A DNA stretch of 64,000 nucleotides from assembly GCA_964637575.1 (NCBI GenBank), contig CAZWVU010000003.1, forward strand, positions 1,586-65,585, given 5' to 3'. Shown one piece after another: positions 27,919-37,738 of the stretch. A program made the translations under genes and the position numbers. The DNA is from an uncultured Candidatus Saccharibacteria bacterium (GTDB taxonomy: Bacteria > Patescibacteriota > Minisyncoccia > UBA6257 > WO2-44-18). The notes below the pieces were generated by a model. It worked only from the letters and a program-made list of their open reading frames with translations, was not told the DNA's origin and searched no databases. The number at the start of each line of letters is the position of its first letter. The stretch's first letter is position 1.

Positions 27919-28932
27919 TCAGGATAAACCGATTTTCTTTTTGACCGCCAGCATTTTTTTCTTGGCGATCTCATGGGCTTTTTTGGAGCCGGCAGCCAGC
28001 ATAGTTTTAACGGCTGTCATTTTCAGCTTCGCCTTTCGGGCGCGGAAAGGTTCACAATATTCAATGACCACTTCGGCGAGACGCTTCTTGAAATCCGCGT
28101 AACCTTTGCCGGAAAATTCCGCTTCCACCTCGGGAATAGTCAGTCCGGAGAGCTCGGAGTAGATCATCATCAGATTGGATACCGCAGCCTTATTCTGCGG
28201 ATCAAACTTCACTCCGCTGCCGGAGTCGGTAACCGCCGTTCGGATTTTCTTTTCAATTTCTTCGGGCGAATCACTAAGAAACAGGCATCCCGCCGGCCGC
28301 GATTTGGACATCTTTTTCGCCGGATCATCGAGCGACATTACGCGGGGGAGATTGGTGAGTAATTCCTTCGGTTCGGCGAACATTGGGCCGAATTTGGAAT
28401 TGAATTTGCGCGCCAGCGTGCGGACGAGCTCAAGATGCTGAAGCTGATCATGGCCGACCGGTACGAATTTCGCGTCAAACATCAACACGTCAGCAGCCAT
28501 CAATACCGGGTAGGCGAACAGGCCGACATTAATATTTTCCTTCTGATCGCCGGACTTATCTTTGAACTGCGTCATGCGGCTCAACTCTCCCATTGGAGTG
28601 ATGGTCTCCAGAATCCAGGCGAGTTCCGGGGCGTGATGGACGACGGATTGCTGGAAAATGACGGATTTTTTCGGATCCAGGCCGGCGGAGAGATAGCTCG
28701 CGGCCAAATCCAGAATCTGGGCCGACTTAATGGATGGATTCCAGTCGGAGACTGGTCCGCCTCCGGCGGAAAAATCCTCGGTCAGTGAGTGATAATCAGC
28801 GATGAAAAAGTAGCACTGGTATTTGCCGGAATTTTGGAGCGCGACGAAATTCTTGAGCGCGCCGAGATAGTTGCCGAGATGGAGCGGGCCAGTGGGTTGA
28901 ATGCCGGATATCAGGATAGGCTTAGAAGACAT
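27919..28932 (-). CDS. trpS: Tryptophanyl-tRNA synthetase
   Basis: GIQPTGPLHLGNYLG (HIGH region) and KMSKS motif. Confidence 0.9.
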   Translation of the reverse strand: MSSKPILISGIQPTGPLHLGNYLGALKNFVALQNSGKYQCYFFIADYHSLTEDFSAGGGPVSDWNPSIKSAQILDLAASYLSAGLDPKKSVIFQQSVVHHAPELAWILETITPMGELSRMTQFKDKSGDQKENINVGLFAYPVLMAADVLMFDAKFVPVGHDQLQHLELVRTLARKFNSKFGPMFAEPKELLTNLPRVMSLDDPAKKMSKSRPAGCLFLSDSPEEIEKKIRTAVTDSGSGVKFDPQNKAAVSNLMMIYSELSGLTIPEVEAEFSGKGYADFKKRLAEVVIEYCEPFRARKAKLKMTAVKTMLAAGSKKAHEIAKKKMLAVKKKIGLS

Positions 28933-28935
28933 AGC

Positions 28936-29040
28936 TTTAATTGTAAATTTTAAATTTGAAATTTACAATTTTTAATAAATGTCCAATTTGTAAATTTAAA
29001 AATTAGAATATTTAAAATTTTAAATTGGTAATTGAAAATT
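28936..29040. repeat. AT-rich repeat cluster in trpS promoter region
   Basis: Multiple aaatttgaaatttacaatt / aaatttaaaaatt units within an otherwise ~58% GC genome. Confidence 0.5.
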
Positions 29041-29044
29041 CTCG

Positions 29045-30844
29045 CTATATCTCTATGATCACGGGCAGGATCATCGGCCGGCGTTTGGTTTTGCTGTAGA
29101 GCAGATTGCCGATCTGATCGCGGAGCAGAGTTTTGAGGTAGTCGGTTTCCATGCCGCTCTTGTCGGTCGGCACGCGGCCCACCAATCCGCGGATCTTCCG
29201 GCGGATTTCATCGAGCAGTTCCTGGTGTTCTTTGAGATAGATGAATCCCCGGGAAATGATATCCGGGTTCTTGAGGACGCGGGCATTGGTTCTGTCGAGC
29301 GTCAGGATGATCACGATCATGCCCTCCTGGGCGAGTGTGCGGCGGTCGCGCAGCACCACTTCCTCGACGTCGCCGACGCCGAGACCGTCCACCATCACGT
29401 AATACGACGGGACTTCCTCCTGGGTAATTTTGAAGTCGTCCTTGGTAAGCAGGGCCACCTGTCCGTTGTCCATCATCATGCTGTGTTCCCGGGGGATGCC
29501 GGCTTCCTGCGCGAGGTTGGTGGTAATTTTCCGAAAGAAATAGTAGCCGTGCACCGGCACGATATAGCGTGGCTTCACCAATTTAAAGACGAGCTTCAGG
29601 TCTTCCGCGTGGCAGTGGCCGGAGCTGTGAATGTCGAGGAATTTCGAGTTGTAGAGCTGATCCACCTGGCGGGCGATGTTGTCCTGCAGGGATTGAACGC
29701 TCCGTTCATTGCCCGGCACCACCGAAGAGGAAAAGATTACCATATCGGTCTGCTTGAGGGTGACAACGCGGTGCTCGCCGTTGACGATGCGCATCAGCCC
29801 GGCAGTCGGCTCGCCCTGCGAACCGGTGGTGAGAATCATCACCTTGTCGTCTTTGTGACTGTTGATTTCTTCAATGGGAATGATCGTGCCCTTTTTCGGT
29901 TTGATGTAACCGAGATTCTGGGCGATCTGAAGATTATCTTTCATCGAGCGGCCGTTGAGCGCCACTTTCCGTCCGATTTTTTCGGCAATATAAATAATTT
30001 CACCGAGACGGGAAAGCAGGGAGGCGAAGGTGGCCACGATAATCCGGCCCTTCGCGTTCTTGAAGAGTTTCTCCAGATTTTCTTCCACCACCTTTTCCGA
30101 AACGCCATGGCCTTCGCGGATGGAGTTGGTGCTGTCGATGAAGGCGGTATGAATGTTCATGTCGCCGAGCTTCTCGAAGATTTTCAGGCCGGCTTCGGAA
30201 GGTTTTCCTTCTCTGGTGATGTCGAGCCGGAAGTCGCCGAAGTGCACCATATTGCCGACCGGCGTGTTCAGCACGAAGCCGAGGCCGTCCGGAATGGTGT
30301 GGGCGATATCGAAAAATTCCGCGTGGAAATTTTCCGAGATGCGGACTTTATCGCCGTGCTTCACTACCTGGAATTTCAGCTTCGGAAGATTGGGAAATTC
30401 GGCGAAGCGGCGCTCAATGATCGCTTTGGTGAGCGCGGCGGTGTAGATCGTCGGATTGCCGAGCTTTTCAATAATATAAGGCAGCGCGTGGATGTGATCA
30501 TAGTGCCCGTGGGTAAAGATGATGCCGGCGACATTTTTCTTGCGCTGTTCGAGATAGGTGACGTTGGGAATAATGTAGTCCACGCCCGGCGTTTCTTCCT
30601 CCGGGAACTGGATGCCGACGTCCACGACGACAATTTCGTTTTTATATTCGAAGAATGAGCAGTTGCGCCCTATTTCTTCCAGGCCGCCGAGCGGCACAAA
30701 GCGGACCGTTTCCTGATCGTACGTTTTTGTGACTGGATTCTCGGCCGGCCGGGTCTTCGAATGTTCCGTGGGGCGGGCATGCCGGGGACCGCCGCTATGC
30801 GGCGGGCGCGGGGCGCCGGTCCGTGGTCTGAAATTTCTTTCCAT
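29045..30844 (-). CDS. rnj: Ribonuclease J (beta-lactamase/beta-CASP)
   Basis: HGHYDH metallo-beta-lactamase motif, beta-CASP region and C-terminal domain; Pro/Arg-rich N-terminal extension. Confidence 0.9.
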   Translation of the reverse strand: MERNFRPRTGAPRPPHSGGPRHARPTEHSKTRPAENPVTKTYDQETVRFVPLGGLEEIGRNCSFFEYKNEIVVVDVGIQFPEEETPGVDYIIPNVTYLEQRKKNVAGIIFTHGHYDHIHALPYIIEKLGNPTIYTAALTKAIIERRFAEFPNLPKLKFQVVKHGDKVRISENFHAEFFDIAHTIPDGLGFVLNTPVGNMVHFGDFRLDITREGKPSEAGLKIFEKLGDMNIHTAFIDSTNSIREGHGVSEKVVEENLEKLFKNAKGRIIVATFASLLSRLGEIIYIAEKIGRKVALNGRSMKDNLQIAQNLGYIKPKKGTIIPIEEINSHKDDKVMILTTGSQGEPTAGLMRIVNGEHRVVTLKQTDMVIFSSSVVPGNERSVQSLQDNIARQVDQLYNSKFLDIHSSGHCHAEDLKLVFKLVKPRYIVPVHGYYFFRKITTNLAQEAGIPREHSMMMDNGQVALLTKDDFKITQEEVPSYYVMVDGLGVGDVEEVVLRDRRTLAQEGMIVIILTLDRTNARVLKNPDIISRGFIYLKEHQELLDEIRRKIRGLVGRVPTDKSGMETDYLKTLLRDQIGNLLYSKTKRRPMILPVIIEI

Positions 30845-30913
30845 GGTTTATAATGTTTTTATTTTTTGTAATTAAGTAAGTTTAATAAGTTGTACGACTA
30901 TAAAACTTAACTA

Positions 30914-30931
30914 GTGCCGAGGAAGGGATTC
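30914..30931 (-). repeat. 18 nt direct repeat of tRNA-Leu 3' end
   Basis: gtgccgaggaagggattc is identical to 31085-31102 (the 3' acceptor/T-arm of tRNA-Leu). Confidence 0.6.
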
Positions 30932-31086
30932 CTCCTCCTTCGGCGCTCGCCGGGTAGCTTCGCTACATCGCGAGCGCCTCACCCGGAGCCTGGATTTTTC
31001 AAAAAGCAAAGCAGTTTGCTTTTTGAAAATACCCTTCGAATCCCTTTAAAGAACGATTTAAAAAAATACGAATTTTTTAAATCTTG

Positions 31087-31170
31087 TGCCGAGGAAGGGA
31101 TTCGAACCCTTATGCCCTTGCGGGCGCTGGTACCTGAAACCAGTGCGTCTGCCAGTTCCGCCACCTCGGC
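31087..31170 (-). tRNA. tRNA-Leu (anticodon CAG)
   Basis: Cloverleaf with long variable arm; anticodon loop UUCAGGU; no encoded CCA. Confidence 0.85.
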
Positions 31171-31296
31171 TTGTAAAAAAAGATGAGAACCAATTTATGG
31201 CAACACCTGAATAGGTCCTAAGGGCGCATTCAGCTGTCGCAATAAGGAGGAATTAACGTTATCTACAATATACTCGGCGGGTGCCGGAAAGTCAAA

Positions 31297-32313
31297 CTAG
31301 GGAGACGTGTGGTAATCCTGATTCACTTTATTATAGATAAGGCTCGAAAGGTCGCTGATCGTGCCGGCCAGGTCGGTAAAATTCTGGCCTTTTGTCATAA
31401 TACACAACAGATAAGGATGGTTGGGGTAATAGACAATGCCGCAATCATGAAGCTCGCGGAAAGAGACCGCTCCGGTCTGGTCATCATAGACCGTCCGTTC
31501 CCCGAATTTGTCGGCAAGCTCTGTCCCTTTCGGCAAACCGTTTAAAATACCCTGGGGAAAATCCGGCGAGCTCAATAATTCCATGGCCTTTTCGGAGAAT
31601 TCCCGGTTGAGATAGGTGGAGTTATAAAGCAGGCGGAAGAAAAAGCCGTATTGCTTGGGGGAAAGAAAGTCCACAACGTTGTTGTTCAGCCCCGGGAAGT
31701 TGATGCCGAGATCCGTATACACTTCCCGCAGCGTGCGGGCATCAATGGATTCATGGAGAAGGCGGGTGGCATTGTTGTCGGAATAGACGATCATCCGGCG
31801 CACGAGTTCTTCGCCGCTATAAAAGTGGCCCGCTTCGATAGCCTCGAGCGGCTTTATGCTCTCGGCCTTGTTGTCGTCAAAACTGCCGTCATAGAAAAAC
31901 TGTTTGGTCAGCAGCTCCGGATGATCTTCCGCGAGGCGGAAATACGCGATCATGGTCGGCACCTTTAAAAGACTCGCGGGAGCGAACGTCTCATTTTCAT
32001 TGATGCCCATCCAGTGATCGACATTCAGGTCGCGGAAGTACACCGCGACATCGGAAGCCAGGCCACTTTCTTTTTTCTGATTGATCAGATCGGTGACTGC
32101 GGTTTCCAGCGGTTTGTACTGCTGGAACTCCACATTGCCCGTATTCCGGCAGAGCAGGACGGGATTGATATATTGATATTTTCCCGTTTCGCGAAGCGTC
32201 GCATCCTGCGCCAGAATCTGGGATCCGGGTTTTATCAGCCAGGCAAAAAGAAATCCCGCGCCGAGAAGGAGGAGCGTCGGAGTGAATCGTTTTATTGTGT
32301 GACGCTGCAACAT
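31297..32313 (-). CDS. Serine hydrolase, class A beta-lactamase-like
   Basis: SLLK (SxxK) and SDN motifs plus N-terminal TM/signal. The ORF-track start at 32382 overlaps a tRNA, so the start was trimmed to Met 32313. Confidence 0.6.
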   Translation of the reverse strand: MLQRHTIKRFTPTLLLLGAGFLFAWLIKPGSQILAQDATLRETGKYQYINPVLLCRNTGNVEFQQYKPLETAVTDLINQKKESGLASDVAVYFRDLNVDHWMGINENETFAPASLLKVPTMIAYFRLAEDHPELLTKQFFYDGSFDDNKAESIKPLEAIEAGHFYSGEELVRRMIVYSDNNATRLLHESIDARTLREVYTDLGINFPGLNNNVVDFLSPKQYGFFFRLLYNSTYLNREFSEKAMELLSSPDFPQGILNGLPKGTELADKFGERTVYDDQTGAVSFRELHDCGIVYYPNHPYLLCIMTKGQNFTDLAGTISDLSSLIYNKVNQDYHTSP

Positions 32314-32324
32314 GGGAAAGTTTG

Positions 32325-32396
32325 TGCCGACGGGAGGGATCGAACCTCCGACCCGACGCTTATGAAACGTCTGCTCTGCCACTGAGCTACGTCGGC
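32325..32396 (-). tRNA. tRNA-Met (anticodon CAT; elongator or Ile2-type)
   Basis: Standard cloverleaf GCCGACG…UUCAUAA…CGUCGGCA. Confidence 0.8.
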
Positions 32397-32478
32397 GAAT
32401 ATTTATAAATGTAAGGAAATTGACGGTCTTTTACAATAGTTGTACGTTGGGGGTAGCTGGTTGAAAGGAGAAGCGGCG

Positions 32479-33027
32479 GTGCGGAAAACCTGCCTGGTCG
32501 GATTCATCTGCCATTCACCTGCCGAGCAAAATAAGTGTTTCGAAATCGCGGAGCGGTTTTTTGACGCACGGGGTGTCAGAATTTTCCGTCGCGACGCCCT
32601 CTATCCGGCGCGCGCGACGCAAAAAGTGATTCATGCGATGCTCGGCCTCCCGGATCCGGGAAACACGGCCGATCCCCAGACATTCGCGTTGGATGAACAT
32701 TTTTTCCATTACTTTCTCGAATTGTACGAAGCGCGCCATCTTGGCGCGTATCTGAAAAATTGCATTCAACAGATCCAGCGAGCACATGGGGAATGTCCGG
32801 TCGCGGTGATTACCACGGATGCCCGCAACAAAGTCTCTTCGACCATGCGGGAGCTTGGTTATGCGATCGTCCGGCTGGAGCCGCCGGTTCCCTTCGAGCG
32901 GGAAGAGGTGCGGTACGAAAACGTGATCGAAGAAGATTACTGTATCGCCCGGAAGGACTTTTCGAAAAAACCGAAGGCCATCATCACTGCCATTCTGGAA
33001 AAAATAATTAAAGATAAGAGAGCATGA
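32479..33027 (+). CDS. Hypothetical protein
   Basis: GTG start after AAAGGAGAAG RBS; no recognised domain. Confidence 0.4.
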   Translation: MRKTCLVGFICHSPAEQNKCFEIAERFFDARGVRIFRRDALYPARATQKVIHAMLGLPDPGNTADPQTFALDEHFFHYFLELYEARHLGAYLKNCIQQIQRAHGECPVAVITTDARNKVSSTMRELGYAIVRLEPPVPFEREEVRYENVIEEDYCIARKDFSKKPKAIITAILEKIIKDKRA

Positions 33028-33037
33028 ACTCTCTTTT

Positions 33038-33280
33038 TTATTTTGTCCGGATTAAGGCGAGTTTATCTTTCCGCGATAATTTTTTTATTTCCGCTTCACG
33101 CGTAAGCGCTTCGGATCGCGTAGCGAATTTCTCCATGTATACAATTTTATCAGCACCCCGGCTCCTGGTGTACGCGCCGCCCCTTCCATTTTTGTGAGCA
33201 GCGAGGCGTTTTTGAACATCGTTCGTGATGCCGGTATAAATGCTTTTGTCTCCGCAAAGTAATAGATACACAAACCACAT
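33038..33280 (-). CDS. GIY-YIG domain small protein (COG2827-like)
   Basis: VYLLLCGDKSIYTGITNDVQKRLAAH matches the GIY-YIG motif pattern; 80 aa. Second such gene in the window. Confidence 0.75.
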   Translation of the reverse strand: MWFVYLLLCGDKSIYTGITNDVQKRLAAHKNGRGGAYTRSRGADKIVYMEKFATRSEALTREAEIKKLSRKDKLALIRTK

Positions 33281-33331
33281 GTACTAAGACTAACAAAACG
33301 CAAAAGCGCCCATTGGGGCGCCTTGCATTTC

Positions 33332-33409
33332 GGTTGCGGGGGCGGGATTTGAACCCGCGATCTACAGGTTATGGGCCTGTCGAGATAGACCAAGCTTCTC
33401 CACCCCGCC
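33332..33409 (-). tRNA. tRNA-fMet-like initiator tRNA (anticodon CAT)
   Basis: Strong similarity to E. coli initiator tRNA (GCGGGGUGGAG…UUCAAAUCC.GCCCCCGCAACC), with A11:U24 and a mismatched 1:72 pair. Confidence 0.8.
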
Positions 33410-33486
33410 CCCATAAACTACCACAAACATTGAAAAAATCAAAATAGCGGCTTACAATCCGTATAGTTCTTAGAAAGGAAGTTTGT

Positions 33487-34080
33487 ATGGTACGCGGCCG
33501 GTTTGTCTGGGATCAATTTGAACGGTTGATCGAAAAAGAATTTCATTCCGCCGCCGGCTTTTCCAGGCACGAATTCGAGGCGCTGGTGCCGGAACCGAAG
33601 CGGAAAAACGGCGCGCTGCTCATCGTGTCGGAAATCTGCGTGAATCTGCATCTTCAGTGCGAGCTCCTGGGCATCGCCAACCGGATGACCCTGGAAAGTG
33701 ACTGCACGATGAATCAGCACCACAACATCATTCTTCCTCCGCAGGGACTTCTCTACTGGCGATACGAAGTGGAAGACGGCGACAAAACGCTTTCGCTTTC
33801 CACCGAGGCCGCGCTGGAAGTCTTCGCGCGCGAAGGCAGAATCGCCTGCGTGACTGCTGAAGTGCTCGCGATCTACCGGGAAAATCCGGAAGTGCTCTTC
33901 GGTGAGCGGGGACATTTCATTGACGCTGCCGGTTCCCGGCTCGGGAACCGCATGCCCGGTCTTTGTCATGTGGACAACACGGAAGACCGCCACACGAAAA
34001 AAGAAGTGACGCTGATGGCGAACAATCCCTCGGACAACGGTTTCCGGCGGTGGGGCGCCGCCTCCTGCAAGGCGGAATAG
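33487..34080 (+). CDS. Hypothetical protein
   Basis: AAGGAAG RBS; followed by terminator aaccccgtaattcttacggggtttttt (34089-34117). Confidence 0.45.
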   Translation: MVRGRFVWDQFERLIEKEFHSAAGFSRHEFEALVPEPKRKNGALLIVSEICVNLHLQCELLGIANRMTLESDCTMNQHHNIILPPQGLLYWRYEVEDGDKTLSLSTEAALEVFAREGRIACVTAEVLAIYRENPEVLFGERGHFIDAAGSRLGNRMPGLCHVDNTEDRHTKKEVTLMANNPSDNGFRRWGAASCKAE

Positions 34081-34133
34081 CAGATACCAACCCCGTAATT
34101 CTTACGGGGTTTTTTATTTGGTATACTGACGAC

Positions 34134-34859
34134 ATGTCAAAAACCATCATCGCCAACTGGAAATTAAACCCCGCGACTATTGCTGAAGCGAAAAAACTTG
34201 CGAAAGAAAGCGATATCGCCGGACTGATTATCTGCCCGCCATTTCCTTATATAGAAGACGTTGCGGCTTCGCTTAAAAAATCCAAACTCGGGGCGCAGGA
34301 TCTTTTTTGGGAGGAAAAAGGAGCCTTTACCGGGGAAGTTTCCGGAAGCCAGATGAAAGAGCTTGGCATCGAATATGTAATCATCGGCCATTCCGAGCGC
34401 CGGCAGAATCTGGGGGAGACTGATGATATGGTGGCGAAGAAAGTATTCGCGGCCATGCAGGACGGCCTTACTCCGGTGCTCTGCGTCGGCGAAACCCGGG
34501 CGGAGCGGGACAAAAATAAAACGAAAGAAGTCGTGGAGCGCGAGCTGCGGATCGGATTGTCGAAAGTGCTGCACGAAAAGAAAGAAGCGATTATTGCCTA
34601 CGAACCAATCTGGGCGATCGGAACGGGAAGTCCGGACAGTGCGCAGAACATGGTGGAAATGGTACGCTATATAAGAGAACTCCTGAAGGGGATTGGATCC
34701 CAGCTGACCGTGCGGATCATTTACGGGGGATCGGTGAAAAGCGGCAATGCCCGGCAATTCATGGAGCAGAAGGAAATTGAAGGGGCGCTGGTGGGAGGGG
34801 CGAGTCTCAGCGGAGAAGAAATAAAAAATATCGTCGCAATCGCGGAGCAGTATCAATAA
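34134..34859 (+). CDS. tpiA: Triosephosphate isomerase
   Basis: ANWKLN, IIGHSERR, AYEPIWAIGTG and IIYGGSV are the TIM signature motifs. Confidence 0.9.
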   Translation: MSKTIIANWKLNPATIAEAKKLAKESDIAGLIICPPFPYIEDVAASLKKSKLGAQDLFWEEKGAFTGEVSGSQMKELGIEYVIIGHSERRQNLGETDDMVAKKVFAAMQDGLTPVLCVGETRAERDKNKTKEVVERELRIGLSKVLHEKKEAIIAYEPIWAIGTGSPDSAQNMVEMVRYIRELLKGIGSQLTVRIIYGGSVKSGNARQFMEQKEIEGALVGGASLSGEEIKNIVAIAEQYQ

Positions 34860-34860
34860 C

Positions 34861-35622
34861 ATGCCTGTACGATCGGATACCATTAAAAACATATTCTGGA
34901 TTTTGCTGGACGTCGCGCTGGTCGGCCTGATTGTGTTTGGCGGATTTTTCGCCAATGCCCTGTGGCGCTACGGCCACGGAGTCCCGCCCGCCAAAACCAT
35001 TACGGTCAGCGCGCAGGGCAAGGCGGCAGTGGTGCCGGATCTTGCTACCGTCAACTTTTCGCTTATCGCCGAAGGAACCGATCCGGTGAAACTCCAGAAT
35101 GACAACACGGGGAAAGTGAATGACGTGATCGACTACATCAAAAGCCAGGGCATCGACCCCAAAGATATCAAGACGACCGGCTACAACCTGACTCCGAAGT
35201 ACACCTACAACCCGCGCAGCGGGAGAAGTTCCATCGAGGGGTATATCCTCACGCAATCGGTGGAGATTAAAATCCGCGACTTTTCAAAAATCAGTCCGAT
35301 TCTCGCGGCACTTCCCGGGAAGGGGATCAATGACATCAACGGTCCGCAATTCAGCGTGGAAGATCCGGACAAATACCTGAACCAGGCCCGCGAAGAAGCG
35401 TTCGGCAAGGCGCGCGACAAGGCGCAGGCCATTGCCGGTTTTGCCCATGTCCATCTTGGGAGCGTCGTAACCTTCAATGAATCCACGGGCGGATATCCGC
35501 CGCCGATTATGTATGCGGCACTGGAGAAAAATGCCGCCCCCGTCCCCGCGCCGGCCCCCACCATCGAACCGGGAAGCCAGGAAGTCACTCTGCAGATCAG
35601 CGTGACATACGAAATCTGGTAG
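34861..35622 (+). CDS. SIMPL/DUF541 domain protein
   Basis: N-terminal TM anchor then a SIMPL-like fold (…GYNLTPKYTY…SVEI…). Confidence 0.7.
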   Translation: MPVRSDTIKNIFWILLDVALVGLIVFGGFFANALWRYGHGVPPAKTITVSAQGKAAVVPDLATVNFSLIAEGTDPVKLQNDNTGKVNDVIDYIKSQGIDPKDIKTTGYNLTPKYTYNPRSGRSSIEGYILTQSVEIKIRDFSKISPILAALPGKGINDINGPQFSVEDPDKYLNQAREEAFGKARDKAQAIAGFAHVHLGSVVTFNESTGGYPPPIMYAALEKNAAPVPAPAPTIEPGSQEVTLQISVTYEIW

Positions 35623-35628
35623 CGCCTT

Positions 35629-36264
35629 ATGTATCTCACCGCTTCTGATGGAGTAAGGATCGCGTACGATTACTATCAGACGGACCAGCCGAAGAGATAT
35701 CTTCTCCTCATTCATATGATGCCGGCCACGAAGGAATCGTGGAAGAATTTTGCGGAGCAGATGCAGGACGCCGGTTTTGCCAGCCTTGCAATTGACCTCC
35801 GCGGACACGGACAATCCGACGGCGGCCCGGACGGTTTTCAAAATTTTTCCGATGCGGAACACCAGAAAAGCATCGCCGACGTGGAGGTGGCACTCGGCTT
35901 TTTGAAGGAACAGGGCGCGTCATGGGAATCAATCGCACTCATCGGCGCGTCCATCGGGGCGAATCTCGCACTGTGGGCGATGGCTAATCATGCAGTCATC
36001 AAAAAAGCAGCGCTCCTATCCGCCGGCCTGGATTACCGAGGCATCCAGGCGCCGCCGCTGATCCGCCGTTTGTCCGCCAATCAACAATTGCTGTTGATCG
36101 CCGGCAAAGACGATAATGATAATGCCGCGATGAATGAAACTCTCTCCGCCCACGCGCCGGCGGGAGTTACCTGCAACCTTATGATTGTGGAGCGCGGCGG
36201 GCACGGCACGGCGCTTTTGCCGCAGGTGACCCCGGTGATCCGGGACTTTCTCCTCGGTCAATAA
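35629..36264 (+). CDS. Alpha/beta hydrolase
   Basis: GASIG nucleophile elbow, HG oxyanion region, C-terminal GGHG. Confidence 0.7.
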   Translation: MYLTASDGVRIAYDYYQTDQPKRYLLLIHMMPATKESWKNFAEQMQDAGFASLAIDLRGHGQSDGGPDGFQNFSDAEHQKSIADVEVALGFLKEQGASWESIALIGASIGANLALWAMANHAVIKKAALLSAGLDYRGIQAPPLIRRLSANQQLLLIAGKDDNDNAAMNETLSAHAPAGVTCNLMIVERGGHGTALLPQVTPVIRDFLLGQ

Positions 36265-36300
36265 GGCCTTGTGGGAGAAAGAGTATGCTATAATTGTTCT

Positions 36301-36927
36301 ATGATTAAAAAATTACTCACTACAACGGTCGCGCTAGCTTTTGCGCTACAGGTCGGAGCGCAGACGGCGCCAACCAATCATATGCCGGACAACGATCAGG
36401 GACCGGCCAATCATGACGGGCTCAAAGCCCAGATAGAGGCCAAGCGGGCCGATTTGCAAAAGAAAATCCAGGCAATCAAAGACGCCAAAAAACAGGCGGC
36501 CTTGCAGAGAATCCAAAATGAAATTGACCGGATCAATAAATCCCGCACCGATCACTACACCGCGGTAACAGACCAGATTGAAAAGGTGCTGAACCGGATT
36601 ACTTCCCGGACGGACAAAGCGGCCGCGAAAGGCCTCGATGTTTCAAGCGTCCGCACCGCGATTGACGCCGCGAAAACGGCGATTGCCGCTGCCCGCGCCG
36701 CCATCGCCACGCAGGCCGCGAAGACCTACACGCTGACGATTACTACTCAAGTGAAATTGAGAGCCGACGTGAAAGCGACCCGCGACCAGATCCACAGCGA
36801 TCTCATGAAAGTTCAAAACCTTGTGAAGGCCGCCCGGCAGGCTGTCCAGAACGCAGCGACGATGCTCGCCCAGCTTCACGGCGTTGATGATGATAACGCC
36901 ACTTCCACTCCGGCAAACCATCAATAA
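36301..36927 (+). CDS. Secreted coiled-coil hypothetical protein
   Basis: Signal peptide MIKKLLTTTVALAFALQVGAQT, then Ala/Lys/Gln-rich heptad-like sequence. Confidence 0.5.
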   Translation: MIKKLLTTTVALAFALQVGAQTAPTNHMPDNDQGPANHDGLKAQIEAKRADLQKKIQAIKDAKKQAALQRIQNEIDRINKSRTDHYTAVTDQIEKVLNRITSRTDKAAAKGLDVSSVRTAIDAAKTAIAAARAAIATQAAKTYTLTITTQVKLRADVKATRDQIHSDLMKVQNLVKAARQAVQNAATMLAQLHGVDDDNATSTPANHQ

Positions 36928-36932
36928 ATACC

Positions 36933-37148
36933 ATGAATAAAACATTACTTATCGTACTTGTTCTCGCAGTCGTGGTAGTCGGCATCTGGATGCTGAGTTC
37001 ATCTTCACAGGCGCCGCAGCAGCAGGCTTCCGTACAGCAGCCGGCAAATGATACCGTCGCGGCGATCAACAGCGATCTCAATTCGATCAATGTGAATGAC
37101 CTCGACCAGGATTTTCAGAGCGTCAATTCCGATCTGAACACGCTTTAA
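36933..37148 (+). CDS. Small secreted/membrane protein (hypothetical)
   Basis: 71 aa, N-terminal TM; terminator-like hairpin at 37166-37192. Confidence 0.4.
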   Translation: MNKTLLIVLVLAVVVVGIWMLSSSSQAPQQQASVQQPANDTVAAINSDLNSINVNDLDQDFQSVNSDLNTL

Positions 37149-37612
37149 TCAGTTATCCACAGCTGCAAAGCCCCCTTTCAAGGGGGCTTTGTGGTATATT
37201 TGAAATCGTGCGTTCTCCAAGTATATAAATTTATAATTTTTTAAATTATTGGAGACGCCATCACAAGGTTTCCGGTTACCGCTTTACCGTAGGTGAAGAA
37301 AAATTCGGACCGTGCTGCGGGATCGCAGCCCCGCCTGGGGATTACAGGCCTCGTCTTGCCAGGTTAGGCAGACCCGATTTGCTGGGTAAAACGAACCGGC
37401 CGCGCGGAATCGCGGATCAGGAAGAGATGCGGAAGCATGGAAGCGCAATGGCCGCCGATTGCTTTCCCGCTTGCCCCAGTCCAAGACGTATATTTCCGTA
37501 ATGTGAGGTTATGGAAACGTGCATCGCGAACTGGCAGAGCTGGAAAACAAAACGCGGGCAACGCGCCGACACGCCGAAGTGTCTCTTTTTGTTTGCCAAT
37601 TTTTTAAAAAAT

Positions 37613-37678
37613 CGCTCACCCCTTCTTCCTCGCCAGGACGCCGGGCTACAATCCTGGCTGCGGAGAAGGGGTTCGCCG
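37613..37678 (+). repeat. Hairpin element, copy 1 (upstream of rmuC)
   Basis: Arms gctcaccccttcttcctcgc / gcggagaaggggttcgc enclose an inner hairpin gccagg…cctggc. A related copy lies at 38806-38976. Confidence 0.5.
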
Positions 37679-37738
37679 AAGACCAAAATTTGCAAACCCT
37701 GCGTTTTATTTTTTAAGGAAAGGGGTAGAATAGAAAGC

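Noticed and set aside
29225-30658. 477 aa plus-strand ORF
   Set aside because: Antisense to RNase J.
33085-33414. 109 aa minus-strand ORF
   Set aside because: Overlaps the initiator tRNA gene.
37250-37650. RNase P RNA hypothesis for the long non-coding region upstream of rmuC
   Set aside because: The universally conserved P4 strands (AGGAAAGUCCGG… / …ACAGAACCCGGCUUA) are not present on either strand. Only loose similarity to the P10-12 region was seen.
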